NCBI GenBank assembly: GCA_044892505.1
Contig: CM097884.1
Location: 99,758,001-99,822,000 of the forward strand
Reading direction: 5' to 3'
DNA from: Schmidtea nova
Taxonomy: Eukaryota
Length of the DNA stretch: 64,000 bases
Shown here: piece after piece, positions 28,587 to 41,409 of the stretch
How positions within the stretch are numbered: the first letter of the stretch is position 1
Layout: each line of letters begins with the position of its first letter
Program-made: the position numbers and the translations under genes
Notes under the pieces: model-generated
Seen by the model: only the letters and a program-made list of their open reading frames with translations
Told to the model about the DNA's origin: nothing
Databases searched by the model: none

Positions 28587-29159
28587 GAGTGCATATTTAT
28601 TAGTGATTTAAAAACTAATTTGTAGTATCATTTAAACAAAAGACTTTATTAACCTATTGGTAATATAAAACTAATAAGTAGTTAAAGCAATGTGCCAAAT
28701 TTTAATTAAATATATTTGAAGATTTAACCCTACTTTATCATCCAAAATCTCCGTCAATCAATTGAAAATAAAAGTTATTTTGAAATCCCCACCAAATTTT
28801 ATTTATACAAAATATTTAGAAAACCACTTTTGTTTAAACATACTAATTATTCTATACGCACTATACACAATTAAAAGTCAATATAATGTTCTTTTACACA
28901 CACCTAATTCCCACCAAATTTCATGTATACACACACTTTATTACCACCAAAGTTCATTTATACACACCTAATTCACACCAAAGTCCATGTACACACACTT
29001 TATTACCACCAAAGTTGGTTTACACACACTATAATCATTCTATCGTTAATGTTAGGGAAGGGTGGGGTAAGTGGTCTAGATGTGACACATGACTAATTTT
29101 TCTAATTGAATTTTATTGAGACTAGAAAATGGAAGGTCACTGGATGTTTCATTAATTAA

Positions 29160-29410
29160 TGGAATCGTCTTGCTACTGTGGAAGGAATTGCCATGGCCAG
29201 ATGTTGGAATCGTGATTTCTCAGATCTGATTTTTGAGTAGTTGAAAGAAATTTTCAATTAATTGAGCCATGTTGAAAAATTTCCGCTGAATTGAGATATT
29301 TTGATGGAATTGGAATTAATTTCTGATGATTCCAAATTTAATTTGTTATCAGGAGAATTTGAAAGACTTTTGACACAAGCACTGGGTTTATCATCAAATT
29401 GAGGCATTTT
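29160..29410 (-). pseudogene. Possible decayed Gypsy gag N-terminal fragment
   Basis: Hand translation FSTWLN*LKISFNYSKIRSEKSRFQHLAMAIP resembles the WF..E..F...I...KF...P pattern of invertebrate Gypsy gag. Contains stops. Confidence 0.35.
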
Positions 29411-30131
29411 TGAATACTTTATTTTTTACATTCTTTTCATATTAAAATAAATTTAATTGCTTCTTTTAAAATTAAATTAATTAATTTCACAATAGTTAAG
29501 TTCAAAAATTACACTTTAGCTTCTTCCCTAATGAAAATCAAAGATCCCAATTTTTGGTAAAACATTTTGAATATAAAATAATTTGAGTAAAATAATATTT
29601 AAAATTAATTGTACCTCCTGCGTAATGCTAATGTTGTAAGGAAACTAACTGTGACGTCCATGGAAGGTATTACGTTGGTAACGAAATCGAGTTATGCGAT
29701 GCTGCGTATTCAGTATTTAATCGTATTAAATGGGTTACATGTGCGGATTATGTAATACTATGTGTTAGTTATGTGATATGATTATGTAGAAAACCGTTTC
29801 AACCCCTTCATCTGGTTATGTATTCTGAATATGCAATTCATACACTAACATATGATAATTCATTATTTATCCAACTTACCAAATAACTTATATAACTGTT
29901 ATAATATGCTAGATATTAAAGTCTTATTATAATTAAACATTACTATTGATTTGAATGTTTGTCTAATAGTCATGGTAACTAAATTTAGGAAATCATATGA
30001 TTTCAAATTTAATTTAATTAATAAAGCATATGAAATAATTAAAGATATGTTTAAAAATTACTTTCGTGCATGTTCTTAATATTATTAGTAATAATTAATA
30101 GGAAATAAACTTATTATGAAAATAAACTCAC

Positions 30132-30893
30132 AGTATCCCAACTAATTTGAATAATTGGTCTGTTAACGTGAAACACATCTCCAACAAAATCCCCAATGAT
30201 TTCTGGTATCAGATTTCTCATTCCCCTGCCACAATTAACAACTCTCAAACCCCTGTTGAAGACAATGTTAAACGGAAAAACTTCGAAAAATAATTCTGAA
30301 GGGATTGACATGTTGTCACCCTCATTTTTAAAGCACTGATTGTCAAATTTTAATCTCAGAATACAGTTAAACACTTTATTCGGCATTTTGTTTTCGCCAA
30401 TTATTTCAATTTCAATTGTCGTATTGTAAAATGTTTTTGCGATTTCAAAGATCTGCCCCCGAACGTAATGGACAAATCCGGCTCTCTGTGTTCGATATTG
30501 CAAAGTGATTCCAGTTCGACTTTCATTTACGCAAAAAAATGACGGTGGCTTCAGTTTTGGATAACTGAATCGTAGATATTCATGCAAATTGTCGAGACCG
30601 TTGAGGAAATCTCGAAGATCTCTTCCAAGCACTCGAAGAATCGAGTCATACCCGTAATGAGATAAAAATAAAATGAAATACTTTCCATTTTGAAACATTA
30701 ACTCGTCTTTTGTGATTCGACAAAAATCGGCTGCGGTGAAGACAATTTTTTTCAACAGTTCTTCATCGTAGACATCGTGGATGGCAAACACGTTGACGTC
30801 GAGTTTGGATTTTTCGAGGATTTGAGTCCAGGCCTGCAAACCGTACGTAGAACAAATAAACTGTCGAATGCCTTCTAACAATAGACCGTACAT
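30132..30893 (-). CDS. Gyc88E-like: First coding exon (254 codons) of an atypical soluble guanylate cyclase: H-NOX domain plus start of PAS/HNOBA
   Basis: MYGLLLE start, YGYDSILRVLGRDLRDFLNGLDNLHEYLRFSYP, YxTxR heme motif. Phase-0 donor GTGAGT after WDT at 30131. Downstream exons were not found in the window. Confidence 0.93.
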
Positions 30894-31725
30894 GGGTAAA
30901 TAGAATTTGTTTTCTCTCGAAAGACTCTAAACTAACTTTCATTATAGAGTTGAAATATTTATCAGTATTTTCATAAATCATCCAATCCGAAATCCAAATA
31001 TCCGCTCTATATCGAAATTAGATTTATTACGAAAAATAATTTTTTTCCTTTTTATTGGTTAATTTCATTTGTGAAAAGTAGATCTTTTGTCACGTTTTTT
31101 TTTCCCCTAAAAATAATCAAATTGCCATTATCGGTGAAATTATTGATAATTAGTTGTTTTAATCAATCACTTTGCTCGTTAATCAACCGAATGGATTTTT
31201 ATTTATTTTTCCGTCAACAAATTTTTCTTTTAATAATATTAGCAGTCTACTTAAATATGTAAATTTTCAGAATAATTTTGGACATTAATATTTTAGAAAT
31301 GAATTTATTATGAAAAAAATAATTCTAATTACAGCGGACGCCCGCACGACGCACGGCATATCAGACATGAGTTATCAAACAAATTTTAGCAAGTTTAAAC
31401 ATTAAATTTACCGCCCTATCGAATGCGCTAATGCAATTATTCTATTTATTTTATTTTACGCAACTTTTTTTTTTAATACTGTTGGAGTTTTTAAATGATT
31501 TAGGGGGATATTTGCAGTTTTGACTCCTGTATTGTTTATAAGAATAAATAATACAAACCCGAATAATTAAATAATTTATTAATCAACTATTGTAGAGTTT
31601 TTATAATAACGCAACGATTTTCGGACACCAAAAAAAAATTATTTCACTAAGCTTACGTGGTAAATGACAATTTGTTCCTCTATCAGTTCCTTTTAATAAA
31701 AACAATCCATATCATTCATTGTTGG

Positions 31726-32409
31726 CAGTGCAAGCCGTATGGTTTTAAGCGCCCCGGGCAAGAAATTAAAAGCGCCCTATGAAAATTTTTTTAATGTTGG
31801 TTTGTGTCTTGGCTGAAAAACGCTTACGGTTTATTTGTGTCCCGGCTAAATACTAGCAACAAATTAAATTTTATTTCATGTAATCATTTTATTATTTTGT
31901 TTTTTGCGAGAAAACCACGATAAATAATTATTTAATATATATAACAGAATTTTTTATGATGAAGAAATTGGAGTTTGAGGAATTTTGAAAAAATATCACT
32001 TTGATGTTTCGTTTGATTTAAAAATAATTCAAAGAATTTAAATTATTACCTTTGAAAAATAATTATTTTTAAAGTGATTTATGTAACTAACATTAATTCG
32101 CAATTACAAATAATAATTCACGAAAGATAACTCGCTGTATTTTGTAATTTCAATTCACCAATTTATATTTAAAAGACTTTTATCTATTCATAAAGAATAA
32201 GAAAATCACAAGCAATAATCCGCAATTAATCATTCACAGTTCACAAATAAATCAATCACTGTATTTCACAATTTTAATTTAGCAGTTTAAAAACACTTTC
32301 TATTTCGTTGCGCACATCAAAATTTTATTTAGATAAAATCTTGATGGCGCCCCGAGCAAGATTGCACCCGGGCGACCACCCGGCTTGCCGGTACCTTGAA
32401 CCGGCTCTG
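31726..32409. mobile_element. Non-autonomous hAT MITE
   Basis: CAG...CTG termini, GCGCCCC subterminal motifs, TSD attgttgg (31718-31725) / attgtagg (32410-32417). Confidence 0.8.
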
Positions 32410-33693
32410 ATTGTAGGATATTTATATTTTGGTTTCTTCGGAAAAACTGTTCAATTTTATATCTTAATACTGTTGGTACCATAGCAAGGTCTAATTTTAT
32501 GGTAACTAAATAGCTATTATAGTAGAAATTGCCAGTAGTTACCCATCGGAAACAACGTTGGTAATGTATCTATTAGGGGAAAATACTTGAAAAATTAGCG
32601 CTGTTATCAGAACTATAAATGATTGAGTAGAAATTCATTTCTAGATTGTTTTTATACGTTTTATTTGTTATGAATCTTGAAATAATCGTTTCATTCTAGC
32701 TTTTTCACGTGATTCGTGATTTCCTATTATTAGCACTTATTTTAAACATGTCTTCCCAAATTTTTAAAATCGTTAAAATTATTAAACAATTTTACTTTTG
32801 AATACCACCTATTATAGTTAAATAATTTTTATGATGACAGAATTCATACTTCCAATACAATTTTAATATGATTTTCTTATATTTCCTTTGTTACCCTAAC
32901 CCTGACCATTCGGGAAAACGGAAGTGATTGATAATCCTTAACGGAGATTGTAAATCCGGCTTAACCTTATTAGGTCACCACAAAGTCCAGCTCCCAAAAC
33001 ATTAGCCTCACCTCGAATGTCTAAATCAGCGTGCTCATGATCGCATCAAGGTCTCTTCTTATGAGAAACTTATTCGTCTTTGATTTGATAATTGGTACTT
33101 CTACATGTTTGCAAATATTCCATTCGAACCAACTATGTTACCTTGTTACCTATATACCCATTGCCTTAAGTTTAGTGGTCGTTGATTGTATTACTCAGTG
33201 TTGATAATGGTATATTTTTTTACTCACTATAGACCCTATTTTAATGTATTTATTCCTTCCCTAAATGTTTAACCTGAATATTGAATGTTTTCCTATTCAT
33301 GTTGTTGGGGTTCGTATAAAAATCACAAAAGTAACAAGAAATATCAAAATAAATAAAAGTTCAAAAAAATTAATTAAAATTTATCAAAAATTTAAAATTA
33401 ATATTCATCGGGAGAAATGGGTATGGTTGAATGCCAAATCAAAAGAAAAACCCAAAAATAATAATAGAAATTTAGTAAGGGGCCCCCAGAGAAAGTTATT
33501 TAATAAAATCAAACTACCGTAATTATCCAAATATAAGACGCTTTTTTTTCATCACTTTTGGGGATGATAATCGTGGTGCGTCTTATACATGGGTATAACA
33601 GGAAATATTTTTTCCTACTCAGAAAATTTTCTGAAAACCCGGTATGGGCAAGGGAAATAAAGCATAAATTAATACAAAATATTTTTTTATTAG

Positions 33694-34211
33694 TTACAGA
33701 ATGTTTTTTTCATTACAGAGATCATTATTTTCATCTTCACTTTTTATCAAATTCTCAATCTCAATGGACTCGTCCACTTCTTCAAACATTAATTCATTTC
33801 CCATATCATCATCCTCATTCCCTACATCAGATATATCGTCCTGCCAAATAACATCGTCTTCTGATCCATCCATAGCATTACTCAAACAACATTTCTTGAA
33901 TCCTTTGATAATAATTGCCTCACTAACTGCATCCCATGATAATTGAATCCATTTGCAAATAGTTTCTAAATCAACCTTTCTTCTGTTTCCAGAAGCAGTA
34001 AATGATGGAGCTCCAGAAAAAAACCACTCAATCCATCTCTTTCGCATCTCTTGTTTAAATGGCCTATTGCAAACTACATCCATAACTTGGAGTTGCCCGG
34101 TCATCCCTCCAGGAATAATCACAAGATCTGTTTTGTTTTTTGCCAAAATTTCCTTTACGCATGGCATACGGTGGCATCTAAATGCGTCTAATACCAGTAA
34201 CCTCCTTGAAT
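33694..34211 (-). CDS. pogo transposase, C-terminal half (D2 and D3)
   Basis: NSRRLLVLDAFRCH...PGGMTGQLQVMDVVCNRPFK. Joins the N-terminal half in frame after removal of the insertion and one TSD copy (814+518=1332 nt, 443 aa). Confidence 0.95.
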
Positions 34212-34217
34212 TTCGAA

Positions 34218-34435
34218 AGTAGGTAGATGTGTGGAGCCGGGAACAAAGACAATATGACTCATGCGTGGGCGGAAAAAAGAAGAACAAAGACCCCCCCGGG
34301 GGGGGTAGAAAAATTTTTTTTTGATGAGTCATCGATGACTCATCGATGACTCATCATTTTTATGACTCATCGATGACTCATCATTTTTATGACTCATCGA
34401 TGACTCATCATTTTTATGACTCATCGATGACTCAT
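34218..34435 (+). repeat. Left TIR with ATGA(C/G)TCAT array
   Basis: Inverted match to 45150-45339. Ten ATGA(C/G)TCAT palindromes and a C7G8 hairpin. Confidence 0.95.
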
Positions 34436-34479
34436 TTCAAATTCAAATTTTAAATTTGAATTTCCAAACGTTAAATAAG

Positions 34480-35090
34480 GTCAAACCTTCAAACAAGGGT
34501 ATCATTCGAAAGGTCTTGGAGAGGTCTATACAATGGTCATAACCTCGAAGGTTTATGGAGGGTCTTTAACCTTCAAAGGGTGCAAAACCTTCAACCTTTT
34601 TCAATCCTTATGATATATATATCATTCTAAAGGTATTTAAGAGGTAGATATGTTGGTCATACCTTCGAAGGTTTATGGAGGGTCTTTAACCTTCAAAGGG
34701 TGCAAAACCTTTGAACCTTTTTCAATCCTTATAATATATATATCATTCGAAAGGTATTTAAGAGGTAGGTATGTTGGTCATACCTTCGAAGGTTTATGGA
34801 GGGTCTTTAACCTTCAAAGGGTGCAAAACCTTCAACTTTTTTCAAACCTTATAATATATATATATCATTCGAAAGGTATTTGAGAGGTAGGTATGTTGGT
34901 CATACCCTTGAAGGTCTATGGTGGGTGCTCAACCTTCAAAGGGTGCAAAACCTTCAACTTTTTTCAAACCTTATAATATATATATCATTCGAAAGGTATT
35001 TGAGAGGTAGGTATGCTGGTCATACCCTCGAAGGTCTATGGTGGGTGCTCAACCTTCAAAGGGTGCAAAACCTTCAACCTTTTTCAAACC

Positions 35091-35169
<79 letters not shown>

Positions 35170-35752
35170 TTCGAAAGGTATTTGAGAGGTAGGTATGCTG
35201 GTCATACCCTCGAAGGTCTATGGCGGGTGCTCAACCTTCAAAGGGCGCAAAACCTTCAACCTTTTTCAAACCTTATAATATATGTATCATTCGAAAGGTA
35301 TTTGAGAAGTAGGTATGCTGGTCATACCCTCGAAGGTCTATGGTAGGTGCTCAACCTTCAAAGGGTCCAAAACATTCAACGTTTTTTAAACCTTGTGTGT
35401 AATATATCAAACAAAAGGTAACTGAGATGTGCACACAATGGTCATACCCTCGAAGGTTTATGGTGGGTACTCAACCTTCAAAGGGTGCAAAACCTTCAAA
35501 AAATTTTAAACATTACAAGTTATATATCAAACAAAGGGTAATTGAGATGTGCACACAATGGTCATACCCTCGAAGGTTTATGGTGGGTGCTCAACATTCA
35601 AAGGGTGCAAAACCTTCAAAAAATTTTAAACATTACAAGTTATATATCAAACAAAGGGTAATTGAGATGTGCACACAATGGTCATACCCTCGAAGGTCTA
35701 TGGTGGGTGCTAAACCTTCAAGGGGTCAAAAACCTTCAAATCTTTTCAAACC

Positions 35753-35801
<49 letters not shown>

Positions 35802-36000
35802 AACAAAAGGTAATTGAGAGTTGAGTATGATGGTCAACCCTCGAAGGGTCCAAGGTTCAAAATTTTTAAAACTATGTAATATATGTATCAAACAAAAGGT
35901 AATTGATAAATGAGTTTAATGGACATACCATTGAAGGTGGGTGGTCGACCCTCGAAGGGTCCAAGGTTCAAAATATTTAAAACTATGTAATATATGTATC
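34480..36000 (+). repeat. About 120-bp tandem array (about 12 diverging copies with variable (TA)n)
   Basis: Unit TCGAAAGGTATTTGAGAGGTAGGTATGCTGGTCATACCCTCGAAGGTCTATGG...AACCTTCAAAGGGTGCAAAACCTTCAA. Present on the left side only. Confidence 0.9.
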
Positions 36001-36012
36001 AAACAAAAGGTA

Positions 36013-39000
36013 ACACTTTGCAACACATGTGCAACATTTACAAAGACATTGCAATCCACATGCAACGTAAACAAAGACATTTCTTTGCCAAATTTCATAA
36101 TAAAGACATTTCATTGAAAAATTTCATAACAAAGACACTTCAATGCCAAAAAACTAAACAAAGACATTTCATTGCAAAATTTCATAACAAAGACATTTCA
36201 ATGCCAAATTTCATAACAAAGACACAACAATGCCAAATTTCATAACAAAGACATTTCAATGCCAAAAAACTAAACAAAGACATTTCATTGCAAAATTTCA
36301 TAACAAAGACATTTCAATGCCAAAAAACTAAACAAAGACATTTCATTGCAAAATTTCATAACAAAGACATTTCAATGCCAAATTTCATAACAAAGACTTT
36401 TCAATGCCAAAAAAAATTAAACAAAGACATTTCATTGAAAAATTTCATAACAAAGACATTTCATTGCCAAAAACTAAACAAAGACATTTCATTGCCAAAA
36501 ACTAAACAAAGACATTTCATTGCCAAATTTCATAACAAAGACATTTCATTGCCAAATTTCATAACAAAGACATTTCAATGCCAAAAAAAAAAACTAAACA
36601 AAGACATTTCATTAGCAAATTTCATAACAAAGACATTTCATTGCAAAATTTCATAACAAAGACAATTCATTGCAAAATTTCATAACAAAGACATTTCATT
36701 GCAAAATTTCATAACAAAGACATTTCATTGCAAAATTTCATAACAAAGACATTTCATTGCAAAATTTCATAACAAAGACATTTCAATGCCAAATTTCATA
36801 ACAAAGACATTTAAATGCCAAAAAACTAAACAAAGACATTTCATTGCAAAATTTCATAACAAAGACAATTCATTACCAAAAAACTAAACAAAGACATTTC
36901 ATTGCCAAATTTCATAACAAAGACATTTCATTGCCAAATTTCATAACAAAGACATTTCATTGCCAAATTTCATAACAAAGACATTTCATTGCAAAACACC
37001 TAAACAAAGACATATCAATACCAAAATAACTAAACAGAGACACGAACATTTACTAGCAGAACATTTACTATCAGAACATCTTTTGTGATGGTTTTTATCT
37101 GCCAAAGCTTATTACTCGAACATTAATTACAATTCAACTTCATTCAGCATCATTTGATAAAACAAAGACATATCATTGTCAAAACACCTTAACAAAGACA
37201 TTACAGTACCCATGCATTGTAAGCAACATACTAACAAAGACATTACAGTACCCATGCAGTGTAAGCAACATGCTAACAAAGACATTGCAATACAGATGCA
37301 AGTTAACAAAGACATTGCAATACAGATGCAAGTTAACAAAGACATTGCAATACAGATGCAAGTTAACAAAGACATTGCAATACATATGCAAGTTAACAAA
37401 GACATTGCAATACATATACAAGTTAACAAAGACATTGCAATGTAGATACTAGTTAACAAATNNNNNNNNNNNNNNNNNNNNNNNNNNNNNNNNNNNNNNN
37501 NNNNNNNNNNNNNNNNNNNNNNNNNNNNNNNNNNNNNNNNNNNNNNNNNNNNNNNNNNNNNNNNNNNNNNNNNNNNNNNNNNNNNNNNNNNNNNNNNNNN
37601 NNNNNNNNNNNNNNNNNNNNNNNNNNNNNNNNNNNNNNNNNNNNNNNNNNNNNNNNNNNNNNNNNNNNNNNNNNNNNNNNNNNNNNNNNNNNNNNNNNNN
37701 NNNNNNNNNNNNNNNNNNNNNNNNNNNNNNNNNNNNNNNNNNNNNNNNNNNNNNNNNNNNNNNNNNNNNNNNNNNNNNNNNNNGGATTCAAAATTTTTTA
37801 AACAAATACATTGTAATGTCAAAACATCTTAACAAAGATATTGCAATACAGATACTGGTTAACAAAGACACACATGCAAGTTTTTAAACAAAGACATTGT
37901 AATGCCAAAACAATACATATGCAAGTTAACAAAGACATTGCAATACAGATGCAAGTTAACAAAGACATTGCAATACAGATGCAAGTTAACAAAGACATTG
38001 CAATACATATACAAGTTTACAAAGACATACATGCAAGTTAATAAAAAATATTCAAAAATATTCAAGGGTTCAAAATTTTTTAAAACTATATAAATATCAT
38101 GCGAAAGATATTTGAGATGTGTGTGTGTATATTTTCAAATCTTCAAGATGTCAAAATAATTAAACTACCACATCGTAATATATATATTAATTTTCCTACC
38201 CATTTTGACGCTGCAATTCATGTGCAATATTAACAAAGACATTGCAAAACAGATGCAAGTTAACAAAGACATTGCAGTTGCAAGCCAAGTTAACAAAGAC
38301 AACATGTCAAAAAAGACTAATTATTATTAATCACAAAGTGCATTCTCTTAGCCAATGATAAAAATAAATTAAATGAAAATACATATATTTTGTATGACAT
38401 TATATGTATATCACATGATATTCATCAATATTAATACCACAAGATTCACACTTATCAATATTGTTCAAACATTTTGAACAAATAATGACATGTCCACAAG
38501 GTAAATATAAAATACCAACTCTATTTATATTACATATTGAACATGTGAGAAATCTTTGTTTGATTTCTTCCAATTTCTTGGTTACATTTACCTCTAAAAT
38601 ATCCACATTCAGCATGAAAGTTCGAATAATAGTACGATATTTTCCAAGTCGAAATTCCATACATGACCAGAAAATGGTATTCAAATTGAATTCAGTAGAA
38701 TCGATATCATTAAGAATCATAATGAAACTGGACAATTTCATCATGGATTTATCATATCCGAATGATTCTGTTAAACCAATAATTAATTTATTATTGAAGG
38801 ATTTGAATAATTTTGAAAGAATGTCGATATCGCATTTCTCAATCGAAGTTAAAAGGTCATCAAGTATTAAAAATGATTGGATCCAATTGTCCAAAGTAAT
38901 GAAATTATCTGTAACCTATTTTAAAATAATTAATTTAAATATATATTTTTCAAACTAACTTTATTTGTTTCTTTATTCATTTTCGTCAATCAATACTATT

Positions 39001-39229
39001 TACAAGTTGTATTTATATTGCAAAAATCAACCAATTTAATAACCAACCATTTTATTAACCAACCAATTATTGAAAGTTTTGCTAAACTGCTACATTAAAA
39101 TGATGATAAGGGACATTGAAAATTAGGTAACAATATATTTATTATTAGAAATATGTTCAAGTAATGAGCTTTTGCACATAAAAACCATCACAGAATAGGT
39201 TCTGCTACTAGGGTTCTGCTCGCAATGTT
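36013..39229 (-). repeat. Left arm of internal inverted repeat (about 3.2 kb)
   Basis: Reverse complement of 41410-44712, apart from scattered SNPs and repeat-number differences. Contains AACAAAGAC arrays with 29-30-bp units and the RING gene. Confidence 0.9.
38400..38980 (-). CDS. IAP/Mdm2-type C-terminal RING protein (about 178 aa, one predicted 44-nt intron), copy 1
   Basis: CSICNINRVGILYLPCGHVIICSKCLNNIDKCESC at the extreme C-terminus. ATG at 38980, mirror of copy 2. Confidence 0.8.
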
Positions 39230-41409
39230 CTGCTCGCAATGTTCTGCTACTAAATGTTATGTCACTATGACAAATACATGAAAAATTATCATACTATTGA
39301 GATAATCACACAAATTATTCTTAAATTATAATACAAATATATCAAAAATATATGAAATATACATTACATACTTGAAATATTATCACAAAGTATCATTACA
39401 TACATGAAATATCTACATATTTGCTCAATTACATAGAAAATCATCAAAGTTACACACAAAATATGAAAAGTATATAGAAATTCGTCACATACAAAAACAT
39501 CGTATATATGAAATATTATCAAAGATACATAGAAATTTATCACACACGTACAAAATATCACCATACTATAGTGTATAACTATACATACAAAATATCAGAA
39601 ATACAAACATACATAAAATTTCATCTTACTATAGTTTGATAACATAGAAATACTTGAAATATTCACAAAATAAAGAAACTAACAAAGATATATAGAGTCA
39701 TCACACATGCAAAATATCACATATAAGAAATATCATTACAGATTATCACATGCATGAAATATTATTATTATTATAGTACAAATTACATAGAAAATAGTAA
39801 AGATACATGAAATATCATCAAAGAAAATACACACAGAATTATAGGAAATTTTCACACACTAGAAATACATACAATAATAATGATCATTAAAAGAATATTA
39901 TCACGCCAGTACAAAGTTTTACACAGAATATTATCATATTGAACAAAAGCTTATCATATATATGAAATATTATTATACTTTTATGTAAACTACAAAGAAA
40001 AATACAAACATATACACAAAATATTATCACATTATAGTGTCTAAACAATAGAAATACTCACAAAATATATAAATTTTGATCATAAAATATCAAAGATTCA
40101 CAAAGAAAATATATAAAAGATTATCATATTTTTGATTGATAACATGAAAGTACATTGAAATAGATAGAAATATTATTAAAATACATACAAGTATCAATAC
40201 ATACATGAAATATCTTACACAAAATGTTATAACATGCATGAAATATCTACATACAAAATATCAAAAGTACATAGAAATAAATCCTATACACAAAATATCA
40301 AAAGTACATAGAAATAAATCCTATACACAAAGGATATCATTACATATATAAAATATCATCATAAAATATCTTTACATACATGAAATATCATCATACTTTA
40401 ATGCAAATACAGACAAAATATTATCATGATATATTCCAAATACACTTAATAATTAAAAGAATATCATACATACACAAAGGATATCATTCACATGAAAAGT
40501 TGTCATGTTATAGTCAGTCAAAAGCATGAATTATTATCATCCTAGTGTAAAATACATATATATATATATAATATCAAATAATGTATCATACATACAAAGG
40601 ATATCATTACAAAGTATCATTACATACATTAAATATCATCACACTATAGTACAATTATATAGATAATCATCAAAAAATATACAGAAATTAAATCAAATTC
40701 ACAACAATATTCATTAAAGAAATATCTACATACTTGTGCAATTACATAATAAATATCAAAATTATATGAAATATCATCACATATGACATATTATCATACA
40801 TACACAAAGGATATAATATCACATACTTAGAAAATTATTATCACATACAAAATATCAAAAGTTCATTACATATGCAAAATATAATTACATATATCATTAT
40901 ACTATAATTTAACAGTAATAAATGTTTAACTAATGAGCTTTTGCACATAAAAACCATCACAAAAGATGTTCTGCTACTAGGGTTCTGTTCGCAATGTTCT
41001 GCTAGCAATGTTCTGCTACTGAATAAATTTGATGAAAATGTAACAATGTATTATGAATGGAAATAAATGCATGAAATATCGTCATACTATAGTGGAAATA
41101 TTAACAAATTGATATTAGATGCATCATATATTATCTTACTATAGTTTGATAACATAGAAAAAATATATATATAGAAATCATCAAAATTATACAAAATATT
41201 AAAAAAGATCATATTAAATATCATCACAAAGTACATAGAAAATCATAAAAATACACAGAAATTCATCAAATTCACAACAATAATCATTAAAGAAATATCT
41301 ACATACTAGTGTCATTACATAAAAAATATCTGAAAATATCTGATATATCATCACAAATATCAACACATATATGAAATATTATCACATACAAAAGTTCATT
41401 ACACATACA

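Noticed and set aside
31325-31660. Possible non-autonomous Helitron end (GCGGACGCCCGCACGACG)
   Set aside because: Resemblance only; no CTRR end or A/T insertion site verified.
34480-38040. CRISPR-like array
   Set aside because: Spacers are related to one another (tandem satellites), there are no cas genes, and the context is eukaryotic.
35994-38093. Repetitive ORFs (e.g. NKDIAIQMQV repeats) and their mirrors at 42556-43423
   Set aside because: These are translations of 29-30-bp tandem repeats open in several frames, with no independent evidence of coding.
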